Below, one piece after another: positions 1-11,962 of a stretch of 64,000 nucleotides of DNA. The notes beneath the pieces are model-generated. The model saw only the letters and a list, made by a program, of their open reading frames with translations. It searched no databases and was not told where the DNA came from. The DNA comes from Cyanophora paradoxa CCMP329. Taxonomy: Eukaryota; Plantae; Glaucophyta. A program made the position numbers and the translations under genes. How positions within the stretch are numbered: the first letter of the stretch is position 1; every line of letters begins with the position of its first letter. The stretch is taken from assembly GCA_004431415.1 (NCBI GenBank), contig QPMI01000651.1, positions 62,001 through 126,000 of the forward strand, in the 5' to 3' direction.

Positions 1-3000
1 CGCGTGCGCTTGCCTTTCGGGACATTTATTTTCACCCGATCGCGATTTTGACAACGCGTGCGCAGGACGGCGTCTGGTTCGAAAATTCGCTCTTGCAATG
101 CTGAAGAGCTCGAGCTCGCGATGTAACTGACCCGGTTTCCAGGTTCACGATTCCCACAAATGTCGCCGACAACGTCAACAGCGCGGTGGTACTCCTTCCT
201 GACGAAATCAAGGCGAGCATTTCTAGAAGTATAGATGCGTAGAATTGAGCGTGCACATGTCATTTCTGACTGGTACGCGGGCAGAGATTCGTGCCGAAGG
301 ACGGGAACGACGGCACGTATAAATATTGATCGAATTTTGACTCGTTACCGTCTGCACACTAATCGAACCTGAGCAGGTTTCGCCGTTTCGGTCCTCACGA
401 TGAGCAAGCCTCCCTTCGCGCCGGTCTACAAGGGGCCCGCAGGTGCTGTCGTGGGCACCGCTCGCATTTCCGGCCTCTTCGTGGACATTACGGTCCTGGG
501 CGTCCCAATTTCCGGCATCAACCCGGAGTTTCCCATCATCATTGAGGTGGGCGCACGGCTGGTTTTCAGTGGATCGCTGCAATTGTTCGGTTCCTGACGC
601 GTGGAACGCATACAGATTCCCTACGCCCAGGGAGTCGAGAGGCCGACGAAGCAGCAGGTGCGGTTTCAATGTCGCCAGATGCAGGGTAACACAGTGGGCG
701 CTCATTTTCGCACGGCTGATCGCGTCTGTTGTTATGTAGTACCTGCTCTTCTGGAACGGTGCGGTTGCATTTCGTCTTTCCTTCGCTCCGATGAGAGCTC
801 TCTAATCGAATCACCGCAGTGACATCGGAGAGCTGGGAGCCGTGCGACCCCTACGGCACGGGTCTCAACATGGCGGTGAGCTTTGGGCGTCGTCTAAGTC
901 GAAAGCTCGTTCACTGAAACATTTCACTGAAAGCTCGGCGATCCCAACGTCATCACGCGTGGCTCCGGCGACGTGCGTGCCCATTCAGCCTTCCGGAAGT
1001 ATAACGCTGAAAAAGTTTTCGCGATGCAGATCTTCTTCAAGGACGGCACCTACTACGCCCGCGGCCGCTGCACGCACCTTACGACGTTCACCGTCGGCGA
1101 GATCGAGCTGAACACCTTCAAGTCGAACGTGCCCGCTCTCGGCTCGGCGATCGGCAACGGCAACATCGCGCCGCCCGACCACGAGACCTCGAAGAGCAAC
1201 AACAGCCAGGTCCGCGTCCGCCGGCGCCCGCCCCTCTCGGACGCGCCCGTGTTCGAGCCCGGGCCCGGCGCCGCGCAGCTGGCGTTCATCCTCCCGCTCG
1301 CGTTCGGCATCGGCGGCGTGGCGCTGCTCCTCACCGGCCTCGCCGTCGCCAAGGCCAAGGGCGTCCTCCCGAGCTGGGGGCCCAAGTCCTCCTCGCCCTA
1401 CACCCCGTACTCCGGCCCCGAGCCCGGCGCCGGTGCCGGCGCTGGTGGCAACCCGTTCAACCCGCCGCGCAACGTGGGCGCGTTCCCGTCGCCGGACCAG
1501 CCGGGCGGCACCACCGTCACGTGGAGCAAACCAGAGACCGCCAGCTCGAACCCTCCCTCGCAGTACGAGGCGAGCGGCGCTTTTCACCCAAGCGCCGATC
1601 AAAGCTCTGCTGACACGCGCCGCAGATCTGGTCGTCCGACCCCAGCGGCCGCCCCGGCAGGAAGCTCGGCTCCGTCCCCGCGGACAGGCTCAGCTACACC
1701 CTCCCGGCGGCCCTCGCCGGCGTGCCCATCATCGTCCGCGCGGTCGACCCCGGCGGCCGCTTCGCTGACGCGCCGCCCGTCTCGCCCGACCCCGCCGGGG
1801 CGCCGGCCGCCCTGCTGCCGGGCCGTTCGACCCGCGCAACGTCCGCTCCATGCCCGCCAGCGAGCCCGCCCCGGCGAGCCCGCCCCGGCCCCGTCCTCAC
1901 GTGGAGCCCGCCCGAGGCCGCCAGCTCCGGCGCCGAGCCCGTCGCCCAGTACCAGGTCGGTGCCGCATGCGCGCAGCGGAGGCGCCCGGGGCCGAACTCG
2001 AGGCTTTGCTGACGCGGTTGGTTCGCGCAGGTGTGGGCTGCCGACCCCGCGGGGCGCCCCTCGACCCTCCTCGGCACCGTCCCCGGCGACGCGCTCTCCT
2101 ACGTGCTCCCGACCGCCGCCGGCGCCGTCGGCGGTGCTTTCGTCGTTCGCGCCCTCGGCAAGTCCGGCCGCAGCGGCGAGAGCGGCCCTATCTCGGGCCG
2201 CCCCGCCGCCGTCGACGCGGCTGCGGCGCCGGCCCGCGACGCCCCGTCGAACCTGCAGCTGACGAGCGTGACCTCGGGCATGCTCGGCGGCACCAGCGGC
2301 CGCCTCAGCTGGGGCCGCCCCGCCGCCGGCAACCCCGCCCAGTACCTCGTGCTGCAGGACGGCAAGCCCCTCGAGGGCGTGGCCGGCGACCGGACCTCCG
2401 CGCCCGTCTCCGACCTGCCCCGCGACCGCCCGGCGGTCTTCCAGGTCGTGCCCCTCGACGAGCGCGGCGCAGCCGGGACGCCCTCTTACCCGCTCACGGC
2501 CGGCCTGGCGAGCGACCCGAGCTCCGGCATCAACCTCACCGCCGCGCCCGCCAACCGCGACGCCTCCAGCGCCCTCCTCGCCTGGAGCGCCCCGTCTGCC
2601 GCCGCCGCCGCCGGCCTCGCCGCGTACTCGGTCCTCGCCGACGGCCGCGAGATCGCTCGCGTGCCCGCCACCGGCGCCGGCACGACGTCCTACGTCGCCC
2701 GCGGCCTGCCGCGCGGCTACGAGACCCGCTTCTCCGTCGTGCCGCTCTCGTCGCTCGGCGGCCCCGCCGGCCCCGCGTCGGACGTCGTCCCGCTCAGCCT
2801 CGCGCCCGGCAGCCCGGCCTCGACCGCGCCGACCGACCTGCAGCTGACCAACGTCTCGACCGGCATGATGGGCGGCAACTCGGGGACCCTCAGCTGGGCC
2901 CCGCCCAAGTCGGGCCCCGTGCAGTCGTTCGTCGTGCTGCACGACGGGCGGGTGGCCGGGCAGGTGCCGGCGCGGGAGAGCAGCCTCGCCCTCACGAACC

Positions 3001-4840
3001 TCGACGACCGCGACACCAGCGTCTTCTCCGTCATCCCGATCTACGCGAACTCCGTCGCCGGAGTCGCCTCCGCCCCCCTCTACGCCGGCATCCCCGCGAA
3101 CCCGGGCGCCGGCATCACGCTCACGGCCGCCCCGGCTTCGGGCTCGAGCGCCCGCCTGTCGTGGAACCGGCCGCGCGGCGGCGGCGCCTATGGCCCCATT
3201 TCGCAGTGCGTGATGCGTTCTTTGCGGGCGTTCGCTTGGATTGTCTTGTCTTGCCGATTGATCTCGGGCGTGCAGGTACGGCGTGCTCCGCAACGGGCAG
3301 CAGATCGCGACGGTGCCGGCGTCGGGCGCCGACATGAACACGTTCGTGGCCTCGGGCCTCCAGCCGAACTCGACCTCGGTCTACTCCGTCGTGCCCCTGT
3401 CGCCGTCCGGCAGCCCGAGCGGCCCCGGCAGCGCGAACGTGCCTGTGCAGGCCCCGCTCTCCTCGTACGGATTCGACGGCGCTGGCACTCCGTTCGCCGG
3501 CCGCGGTGGCGTCGCCCCATCGCCCCCCTCGAACCTGCAGCTGACGGGCATCTCGGCGGGCGGCATGGGCGGCGCCTCCGGCACCCTCTCGTGGAGCCGC
3601 CCGGCCTCGGGCGCCCCCGAGAGCTACCAGATCCTCATGAACGGCGCTCCCGCCGGCTCTGTCTCGGGCGGCAAGACCTCGGTCACCGTGTCCGACCTGC
3701 TGGTCGGCGGCATCACGAGCCTCAGCGTCGTCCCCGTCGGCGCCGGCGGCGTGCGCGGCGCGGAATCGGCTCCGCTCGTCGCCGGCATCCCGTCGGACGC
3801 GGGCTCCGGCATCGCGCTGACGGCGGCGGCGGCCGGCGCCTCGAGCGCCCGCCTCGCGTGGACCCGCCCGCGCGGCGGCGCCTACGGCCCGATCTCGCAG
3901 TGCGTGTGAATTGCATTCGCGGCCCGCGAAATGCGTCGCCCGCGACTCGCCCCTCACTGGACCGCGTTGTCGCAGGTATGCCGTCTTCAGCAACGGCCAG
4001 CAGATCGCGACCGTCCCGGCGTCGAGCTCCGCCCTGACCACGTTCACGGCGAACAACGTGCAGCCCGGCGCCGCCTTCTCGGTCGTGCCGCTCACGGCGG
4101 CCGGCGAGGCGAGCGGCCCCGGCAGCCTCGACGTCCCGCTCTCGGGCTCCGGCGGCGCCGGCCTCGGCGCCCCGTCGGCCCCCTCGAACCTGCAGCTGAC
4201 GGGCGTCGACTCGGGCCTCATGGGCGGCACCTCGGGCACCCTCTCGTGGAGCCACCCGGCCTCGGGCGCCGTTGAGAGCTACCAGGTCCTCATGAACGGC
4301 GCCGCGGTCGGCACCGTCTCGGGCGGCAAGACCTCGATGAGCGTCTCGGACCTGCCGCGCGGCGGCGTCGCGAACCTGAGCGTCGTGCCCATCGGCGCCG
4401 GCGGCGTGCGCGGCGCGGCGTCGACCCCGCTGTACGCCGGCATCCCGTCGGACCTCGGCGCGGGCATCGTGCTGACGGCGGCGGCGGCCGGCGCCTCGAG
4501 CGCCCGCCTCGCCTGGACCCGCCCGCGCGGCGGCGCCTCCGGCTCCGTGTACCAGTGCGCCGAACGGTTTTCGAGGGCTCGCGCCACGCCGGGGCTGACG
4601 CATCGGCTGTTTCGCGCGTGCAGGTACGGCGTGCTCCGCAACGGGCAGCAGATCGCGACGGTGCCGGCGTCGGGCGCCGAGACCAACGTGTTCACGGCGA
4701 CCGGCGTGCAGCCCGGCTCCGCCTTCTCTATCGTGCCCCTCTCGGCGACCGGCAGCCCGAGCGGCCCCGGCAGCGTTGAGGTGCCTCTGTCGATGACTGG
4801 AGGCGGTCGGCAGACTTTCACATCCGGATCCTTCTACTAG
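1..4840 (+). CDS. 3' part (5' end outside window) of giant single-pass receptor, copy A: GPS motif, TM, cytoplasmic FN3-like repeats; multi-exon
   Basis: Spliced exons give YLLFWNVTSESWEPC...YARGRCTHLTTFTVGE (GPS HL|T, 1069-1089) and a TM LAFILPLAFGIGGVALLLTGLAVAKAK (~1279-1358). These are followed by repeats of PSNLQLT..G.MGG.SGTLSW..P....Y.VL.NG. Stop TAG ends at 4840. Near-identical to the reverse complement of 7092-11962. Confidence 0.8.
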
Positions 4841-5140
4841 ATCAATTGCAACACTCTATACCTTAGCTAGCAATTGCAAACCTAGAGCAATTGTGTTCTT
4901 TCGACGCTTTCGTAAACGTTTATCGTATAGCTAGATCTATCACTTTAGCTAGAGTCGCATGTTTGGCTGACCGCCGACGCCGGACTCAAGATCTAGAGCA
5001 GCATATTCGAGTTCAAATAAAGCTCGGAGCATGTGCGACTTGTATGAGCCTCAGAGCAGCATGTCCGAATAAAGCTAGCGCTAGTAGGTTGTTAAAGATA
5101 GCCCGACCAGACAATTTTGTAATGAATCCGAACTGGCATG
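1..5140. repeat. Left arm of large inverted duplication (extends beyond window start)
   Basis: Position 1 pairs with ~11962 and the stop codon at 4840 pairs with 7092. The 3' flank 4983-5100 (gagcagcat...aataaag, twice) pairs with ~6785-6890. Confidence 0.95.
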
Positions 5141-5939
5141 CATATGTAATTATCAGCAATGCAATCAATTTTAATACTCGGCTCAGCTTCATTTCATTCT
5201 ATCGCGATCGCTGGCTTTGTATACGAATGAAATTGGAGCAGGACGGCCGCCGGCCGCGGCGCCATGGCCCTGCAAACTTGTATGCGGCAAGCATGGTGGC
5301 CTTCGGCGCGTTTTTGCAAGCCTGGCGTTCACGCGTACGCTTCTTGTCCAGCTGCAGCCGGCGCCAAGAGCATTTACTGACTTCGTCATTTTCTCGCAAT
5401 TTTTCATCGGATCACTCCATGGGTCAAACTGCTGGCCTTCAGACGGGCCCCGCGCGCTATGACTAAACCCCCCGCTCCGGGCCCGTCGGCACGGTGCCCA
5501 AACAGTCTGGGGTTCTTGGCGGCCGGGCCGCCCGGGCGGCGGGCGCCCGGCGGTGCCGTACTACGGTAGCCGCGGCCCGGGGGACTCGATCGCAAGGCGG
5601 TGAATCGCCGGCGAATCGGCGGCGATCGGACGGAAAAATGCCTAGATTAAAAAACTAAAAACACGCAAAAAAACATATACCTCCGGTATATGCACCCGGC
5701 AGCCAATCGGGAACCGTCGCCGTCGCCGTAGACGGGCCAGTTGGCAACATGCTAAAATACCCGGTATCAGAGTCGACGTCGTTCAGACTTCTATACACCG
5801 TAATACACGTGACTACTATCGCGCAGCGGGCGCCGGCGGCCGTCCTACTCCATTTGAGTTCAGACATAACTGTAAAGTCCGATACACAATTAGAATTATA
5901 AGTAATTTTTTTGGTGAATTACCGGCCACAGTCTCTAGA

Positions 5940-6710
5940 CACCAGCACTGCGGGGGCTGCCCAGGGGGCAGAGGGACAAAAGAAGCAAAGTAACTACAAG
6001 AGCACGAAGAATGACAAGACAAAGAGCCAAAACCGACAATAAAAAAAGGAAAGACACAGAGACAGATCGGGAAGAGACGATAAGTGAACCGGACCGAGCA
6101 GATCTAGTGACAGAGGATGACAGACACGAAGGAGAGCGAGAGCTAGAGATACCATCAACATCTCTGAGGGTACCACATCACTAACAAGCGGATGACAGAA
6201 TTGAGAAAGATCAATCACAGGAAGCAGACACGTAAGAGGAACAACAAGACGACGGGGAGGCTGAGGCGAAGCAGGACGACGCGAAAGGGCAGAGCTACGG
6301 CACGAGGAGGACACAGAAGGCGGATCAGGCGGATCAAGAGCAGGCAAAAGGACAGTCAAAGGAATCACTAAAGCCGGTCGGCGCCGAGGCGGGCAGTCAA
6401 ACTGCAAACGACGGCGAACGATAGGTCGAGCACGAGGACTGGCAATGAAACTATAGCTAATTCTAGCATCAACACCGGCGGGATGCAACCAGCAAAGCAA
6501 AAGATGAAGCCAGAGGCGGCGGCTCGGGACCAAGAACAAGGGCCGGAGGGCCCGGCCCGGCCCGGCAAATCGCAGGAGGGAGCCAGAAGGAGACGCAGGC
6601 TCGGTAAGCCGGCGACGAGTGCGACCACGAGTCTGGGAGGAGACTACGGTGGCGCGAGCCCCCCGTAGGTAGTAATATTGAGAGATAACATGAACAGAGT
6701 AATCACTATT
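5940..6710. mobile_element. Dispersed repeat / putative non-autonomous element in the palindrome spacer
   Basis: agcactgcgggggctgcccag (~5944-5964) recurs as its reverse complement at ~21378-21398. The block cgtaggtagtaatat..agagataaca..agtaatcac (~6664-6706) recurs inverted at ~21469-21506. The + strand is strongly purine-rich and there is an imperfect terminal hairpin ctacggtggc-gcga-gccccccgtag (~6644-6668). Confidence 0.45.
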
Positions 6711-6739
6711 CGCCAGTCCATTACGAAATAGTCCGTTCA

Positions 6740-9700
6740 GTCCATTTCGAAATCGTCCGGCAAGCTATAGCTACGAGTCCTACGACAACCTGACTAGCGT
6801 TCATTTATTCGGATATGCTGCTCCGAGGCTCATCATAGTCGCACGTGCACATGCGCCGAGCTTTATTCAGATATGCTGCTCTTGAGTCAGTCGCACATGC
6901 GATTCTGGCAAGTTTCTATAGCTGGCAAATAGTGCGAAATTGTCGAAAGTACATAATTGCAAGGGCTAGACGTTGCAAGGTCCGATATATAGCGACAAGG
7001 CACGTCAATCTAGATCTGAAACAGTACCATGCACCTCAAATTACCTCTGTAGACTAGTTGCGCTAACAAGCTATACCATGCTGCAATTGATCTAGTAGAA
7101 GGACCCAGACGTGAAAGTCTGCCGGCCGCCACCAGTCATCGACAGAGGCACCTCAACGCTGCCGGGGCCGCTCGGGCTGCCGGACGGCGACAGGGTCACG
7201 ATCGAGAAGGCGGAGCCCGGCTGCACGCCGGTCGCCGTGAACACGTTGGTCTCGGCGCCCGACGCCGGCACCGTCGCGATCTGCTGACCGTTGCGGAGCA
7301 CGCCGTACCTGCACGCGCGAAACAGCAAATGCGTCAGCCCCGGCGTGGCGCGAGCCCGCAAAAACCGTTCGGCGCACTGGTACACGGAGCCGGAGGCGCC
7401 GCCGCGCGGGCGGGTCCAGGCGAGGCGGGCGCTCGAGGCGCCGGCCGCCGCCGCCGTCAGCACGATGCCCGCGCCGAGGTCCGACGGGATGCCGGCGTAC
7501 AGCGGGGCCGACGCCGCGCCGCGCACGCCGCCGGCGCCGATGGGCACGACGCTCAGGTTCGCGACGCCGCCGCGCGGCAGGTCCGAGACGCTCATCGAGG
7601 TCTTGCCGCCCGAGACGGTGCCGACCGCGGCGCCGTTCATGAGGACCTGGTAGCTCTCAACGGCGCCCGAGGCCGGGTGGCTCCACGAGAGGGTGCCCGA
7701 GGTGCCGCCCATGAGGCCCGAGTCGACGCCCGTCAGCTGCAGGTTCGAGGGGGCCGACGGGGCGCCGAAGCCGGCGCCGCCGGAGCCCGAGAGCGGGACG
7801 TCGAGGCTGCCGGGGCCGCTCGCCTCGCCGGCCGCCGTGAGCGGCACGACCGAGAAGGCGGCGCCGGGCTGCACGTTGTTCGCCGTGAACGTGGTCAGGG
7901 CGGAGCTCGACGCCGGGACGGTCGCGATCTGCTGGCCGTTGCTGAAGACGGCATACCTGCGAAAACGGAGGCCAGTGAGAGGCGAGTCGCGGGCGACGCA
8001 TTTCGCGGGCCGCGAATGCAATTCACACGCACTGCGAGATCGGGCCGTAGGCGCCGCCGCGCGGGCGGGTCCAGGCGAGGCGGGCGCTCGAGGCGCCGGC
8101 CGCCGCCGCCGTCAGCGCGATGCCGGAGCCCGCGTCCGACGGGATGCCGGCGACGAGCGGAGCCGATTCCGCGCCGCGCACGCCGCCGGCGCCGACGGGG
8201 ACGACGCTGAGGCTCGTGATGCCGCCGACCAGCAGGTCGGACACGGTGACCGAGGTCTTGCCGCCCGAGACAGAGCCGGCGGGAGCGCCGTTCATGAGGA
8301 TCTGGTAGCTCTCGGGGGCGCCCGAGGCCGGGCGGCTCCACGAGAGGGTGCCGGAGGCGCCGCCCATGCCGCCCGCCGAGATGCCCGTCAGCTGCAGGTT
8401 CGAGGGGGGCGACGGGGCGACGCCGCCGCGGCCGGCGAACGGAGCGCCAGCGCCATCGAATCCGTACGAGGAGAGCGGGGCCTGCACAGGCACGTCCGCG
8501 CTGCCGGGGCCGCTCGGGCTGCCGGACGGCGACAGGGGCACGACGGAGTAGACCGAGGTCGAGTTCGGCTGGAGGCCCGAGGCCATGAATGTGTTCATGT
8601 CGGCGCCCGACGCCGGCACCGTCGCGATCTGCTGACCGTTGCGGAGCACGCCGTACCTGCACGTCCGAGATCAATCAGCAAGACAAACAAAACAAGCCAA
8701 GCGAACGCCCGTGAAAAAAACATCGCGCACTGGGCAATAGGACCATAGGCGCCGCCGCCGCGGGGCCGGTTCCACGACAGGCGAGCGCTCGAGGCCGAAG
8801 CCGGGGCCGCCGTGAGCGTGATGCCGGCGCCCGGGTTCGCGGGGATGCCGGCGTAGAGGGGGGCGGAGGCGACTCCGGCGACGGAGTTCGCGTAGATCGG
8901 GACGACGGAGAAGACGGTGGTGTCGCGGTCGTCGAGGCTCGTGAGGGTGAGGCTGCTCTCCCGCGCCGGCACCTGCCCGGCCACCCGCCCGTCGTGCAGC
9001 ACGACGAACGACTGCACGGGGCCCGACTTGGGCGGGGCCCAGCTGAGGGTCCCCGAGTTGCCGCCCATCATGCCCGTCGAGACGTTCGTCAGCTGCAGGT
9101 CGGTCGGCGCGGTCGAGGCCGGGCTGCCGGGCGCGAGGCTGAGCGGGACGACGTCCGACGCGGGGCCGGCGGGGCCGCCGAGCGACGAGAGCGGCACGAC
9201 GGAGAAGCGGGTCTCGTAGCCGCGCGGCAGGCCGCGGGCGACGTAGGACGTGGCGCCGGCGCCGGTGGCGGGCACGCGAGCGATCTCGCGGCCGTCGGCG
9301 AGGACCGAGTACGCGGCGAGGCCGGCGGCGGCGGCGGCAGACGGGGCGCTCCAGGCGAGGAGGGCGCTGGAGGCGTCGCGGTTGGCGGGCGCGGCGGTGA
9401 GGTTGATGCCGGAGCTCGGGTCGCTCGCCAGGCCGGCCGTGAGCGGGTAGGAGGGCGTCCCGGCGGCGCCATGCTCATCGAGGGGCACGACCTGGAAGAC
9501 CGCCGGGCGGTCGCGGGGCAGGTCGGAGACGGGCGCGGAGGTCCGGTCGCCGGGCACGCCCTCGAGGGGCTTGCCGTCCTGCAGCACGAGGTACTGGGCG
9601 GGGTTGCCGGCGGCGGGGCGGCCCCAGCTGAGGCGGCCGCTGGTGCCGCCGAGCATGCCCGAGGTCACGCTCGTCAGCTGCAGGTTCGACGGGGCGTCGC

Positions 9701-11962
9701 GGGCCGGCGCCGCAGCCGCGTCGACGGCGGCGGGGCGGCCCGGGATAGGGCCGCTCTCGCCGCTGCGGCCGGACTTGCCGAGGGCACGAACGACGAAAGC
9801 ACCGCCGACGGCGCCGGCGGCGGTCGGGAGCACGTAGGAGAGCGCGTCGCCGGGGACGGTGCCGAGGAGGGTCGACGGGCGCCCCGCGGGGTCGGCAGCC
9901 CACACCTGCGCGAACCAACCGCGTCAGCAAAGCCTCGAGTTCGGCCCCGGGCGCCTCTTCTGCGCATGCGCGCATGCGGCCGACCTGGTACTGGGCGACG
10001 GGCTCGGCGCCGGAGCTAGCGGCCTCGGGCGGGCTCCACGTGAGGACGGGGCCGGGGGCGGGCTCGCCGGGGGCGGGCTCGCTGGCGGGCATGGAGCGGA
10101 CGTTGCGCGGGTCGAACGGCCCGGCGGCAGGGCGACCGGCGCCCCCGGCGGGGTCGGGCGAGACGGGCGGCGCGTCAGCGAAGCGGCCGCCGGGACCGAC
10201 CGCGCGGACGATGATGGGCACGCCGGCGAGGGCCGCCGGGAGGGTGTAGCTGAGCCTGTCCGCGGGGACGGAGCCGAGCTTCCTGCCGGGGCGGCCGCTG
10301 GGGTCGGACGACCAGATCTGCGGCGCGTGTCAGCAGAGATCTAAATTAAACGGCGCTTGTGAAGCAATCGCCGCTCGCCTCGTACTGCGACGGGGGGTTG
10401 GAGCTGGCGGTCTCGGGTTTGCTCCACGTGACGGTGGTGCCGCCCGGCTGGTCCGGCGACGGGAACGCGCCCACGTTGCGCGGCGGGTTGAACGGGTTGC
10501 CGCCAGCGCCGGCGCCGGCGCCGGGCTCGGGGCCGGAGTACGGGGTGTAGGGCGAGGCGGACTTGGGCCCCCAGCTCGGGAGGACGCCCTTGGCCTTGGC
10601 GACGGCGAGGCCGGTGAGGAGCAGCGCCACGCCGCCGATGCCGAACGCGAGCGGGAGGATGAACGCCAGCTGCGCGGCGCCGGGCCCGGGCTCGAACACG
10701 GGCGCGTCCGAGAGGGGCGGGCGCCGGCGGACGCGGACCTGGCTGTTGTTGCTCTTCGAGGTCTCGTGGTCGGGCGGCGCGATGTTGCCGTTGCCGATCG
10801 CCGAGCCGAGAGCGGGCACGTTCGACTTGAAGGTGTTCAGCTCGATCTCGCCGACGGTGAACGTCGTAAGGTGCGTGCAGCGGCCGCGGGCGTAGTAGGT
10901 GCCGTCCTTGAAGAAGATCTGCATCGACAAAAGCCTTCATCATTATAATATTAATTCCGGAAGGTTGAACGGGCACGCACGTCGCCAGACCCGCGCGTGA
11001 TGACGTTGGGATCGCCGAGCTTTCAGTGAAATGTTTCAGTGAACGAGCTTTCGATTTCGACGACGCCCAAAGCTCACCGCCATGTTGAGACCCGTGCCGT
11101 AGGGGTCGCACGGCTCCCAGCTCTCCGATGTCACTGCGGTGTTTCGATTAGAGAGCTCTCATCGATATCGAAAGACGAAATGCAACCGCACCGTTCCAGA
11201 AGAGCAGGTACTACAATAACAACAGACGCGATCAGCCGTGCGAAAATTAGCGCCCACTGTGTTACTCTGGCGACAATGAAACCGCACCTGCTGCTTCGTC
11301 GGCCTCTCGACTCCCTGGGCGTAGGGAATCTGTATGCGTTTCACGCGTCAGGAACCGAACAATTGCAGCGATCCACTGAAAACCAGCCGTGCGCCCACCT
11401 CAATGATGATGGGAAACTCCGGGTTGATGCCGGAAATTGGGATGCCCAGGACCGTAATGTCCACGAAGAGGCCGGAAATGCGGGCGGTGCCCACGACAGC
11501 ACCTGCGGGCCCCTTGTAGACCGGTGCGAAGGGAGGCTTGCTCATCGTCAGGACCGAAACAGCGAAACCTGCTCAGGTTCGATTAGTATGCAGACGGTAA
11601 TGAATCATAGCTATAGCCAAATTTGATCAATATTTATACGTGCCGTCGTTCCCGTCCTTCGGCACGAATCTCTGCCCGCGTACCAGTCAGAAATGACATG
11701 TGCACGCTCAATTCTACGCATCTATACTTCCGGAAGCGCTCGCCTTGATTTCGTCAGGAAGGAGTACCACCGCGCTGTTGACGTTGTCGGCGACATTTGT
11801 GGGAATCGTGAACCTGGAAACCGGGTCAGTTACATCGCGAGCTCGAGCTCTTCAGCATTGCAAGAGCGAATTTTCGGACCAGACGCCGTCCTGCGCACGC
11901 GTTGTCAAAATCGCGATCGCGATCGGGTGAAAACTAAAATTTCCGTAAACAAAGCGCACGCG
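6740..11962. repeat. Right arm of large inverted duplication
   Basis: Reverse complement of 1-5140. Exons are nearly identical; introns are more diverged. Confidence 0.95.

Noticed and set aside
1599-4603. Long antisense and alternative-frame ORFs over the FN3 repeats (e.g. 580 aa, 495 aa)
   Set aside because: These are shadow ORFs caused by extreme GC3 bias; the products are Arg/Gly/Pro-rich and lack motifs.
5994-6539. 181-aa Leu/Pro/Ser-rich minus-strand ORF in the palindrome spacer
   Set aside because: No host codon bias and no recognisable domain; explained by strand purine skew in a repeat.
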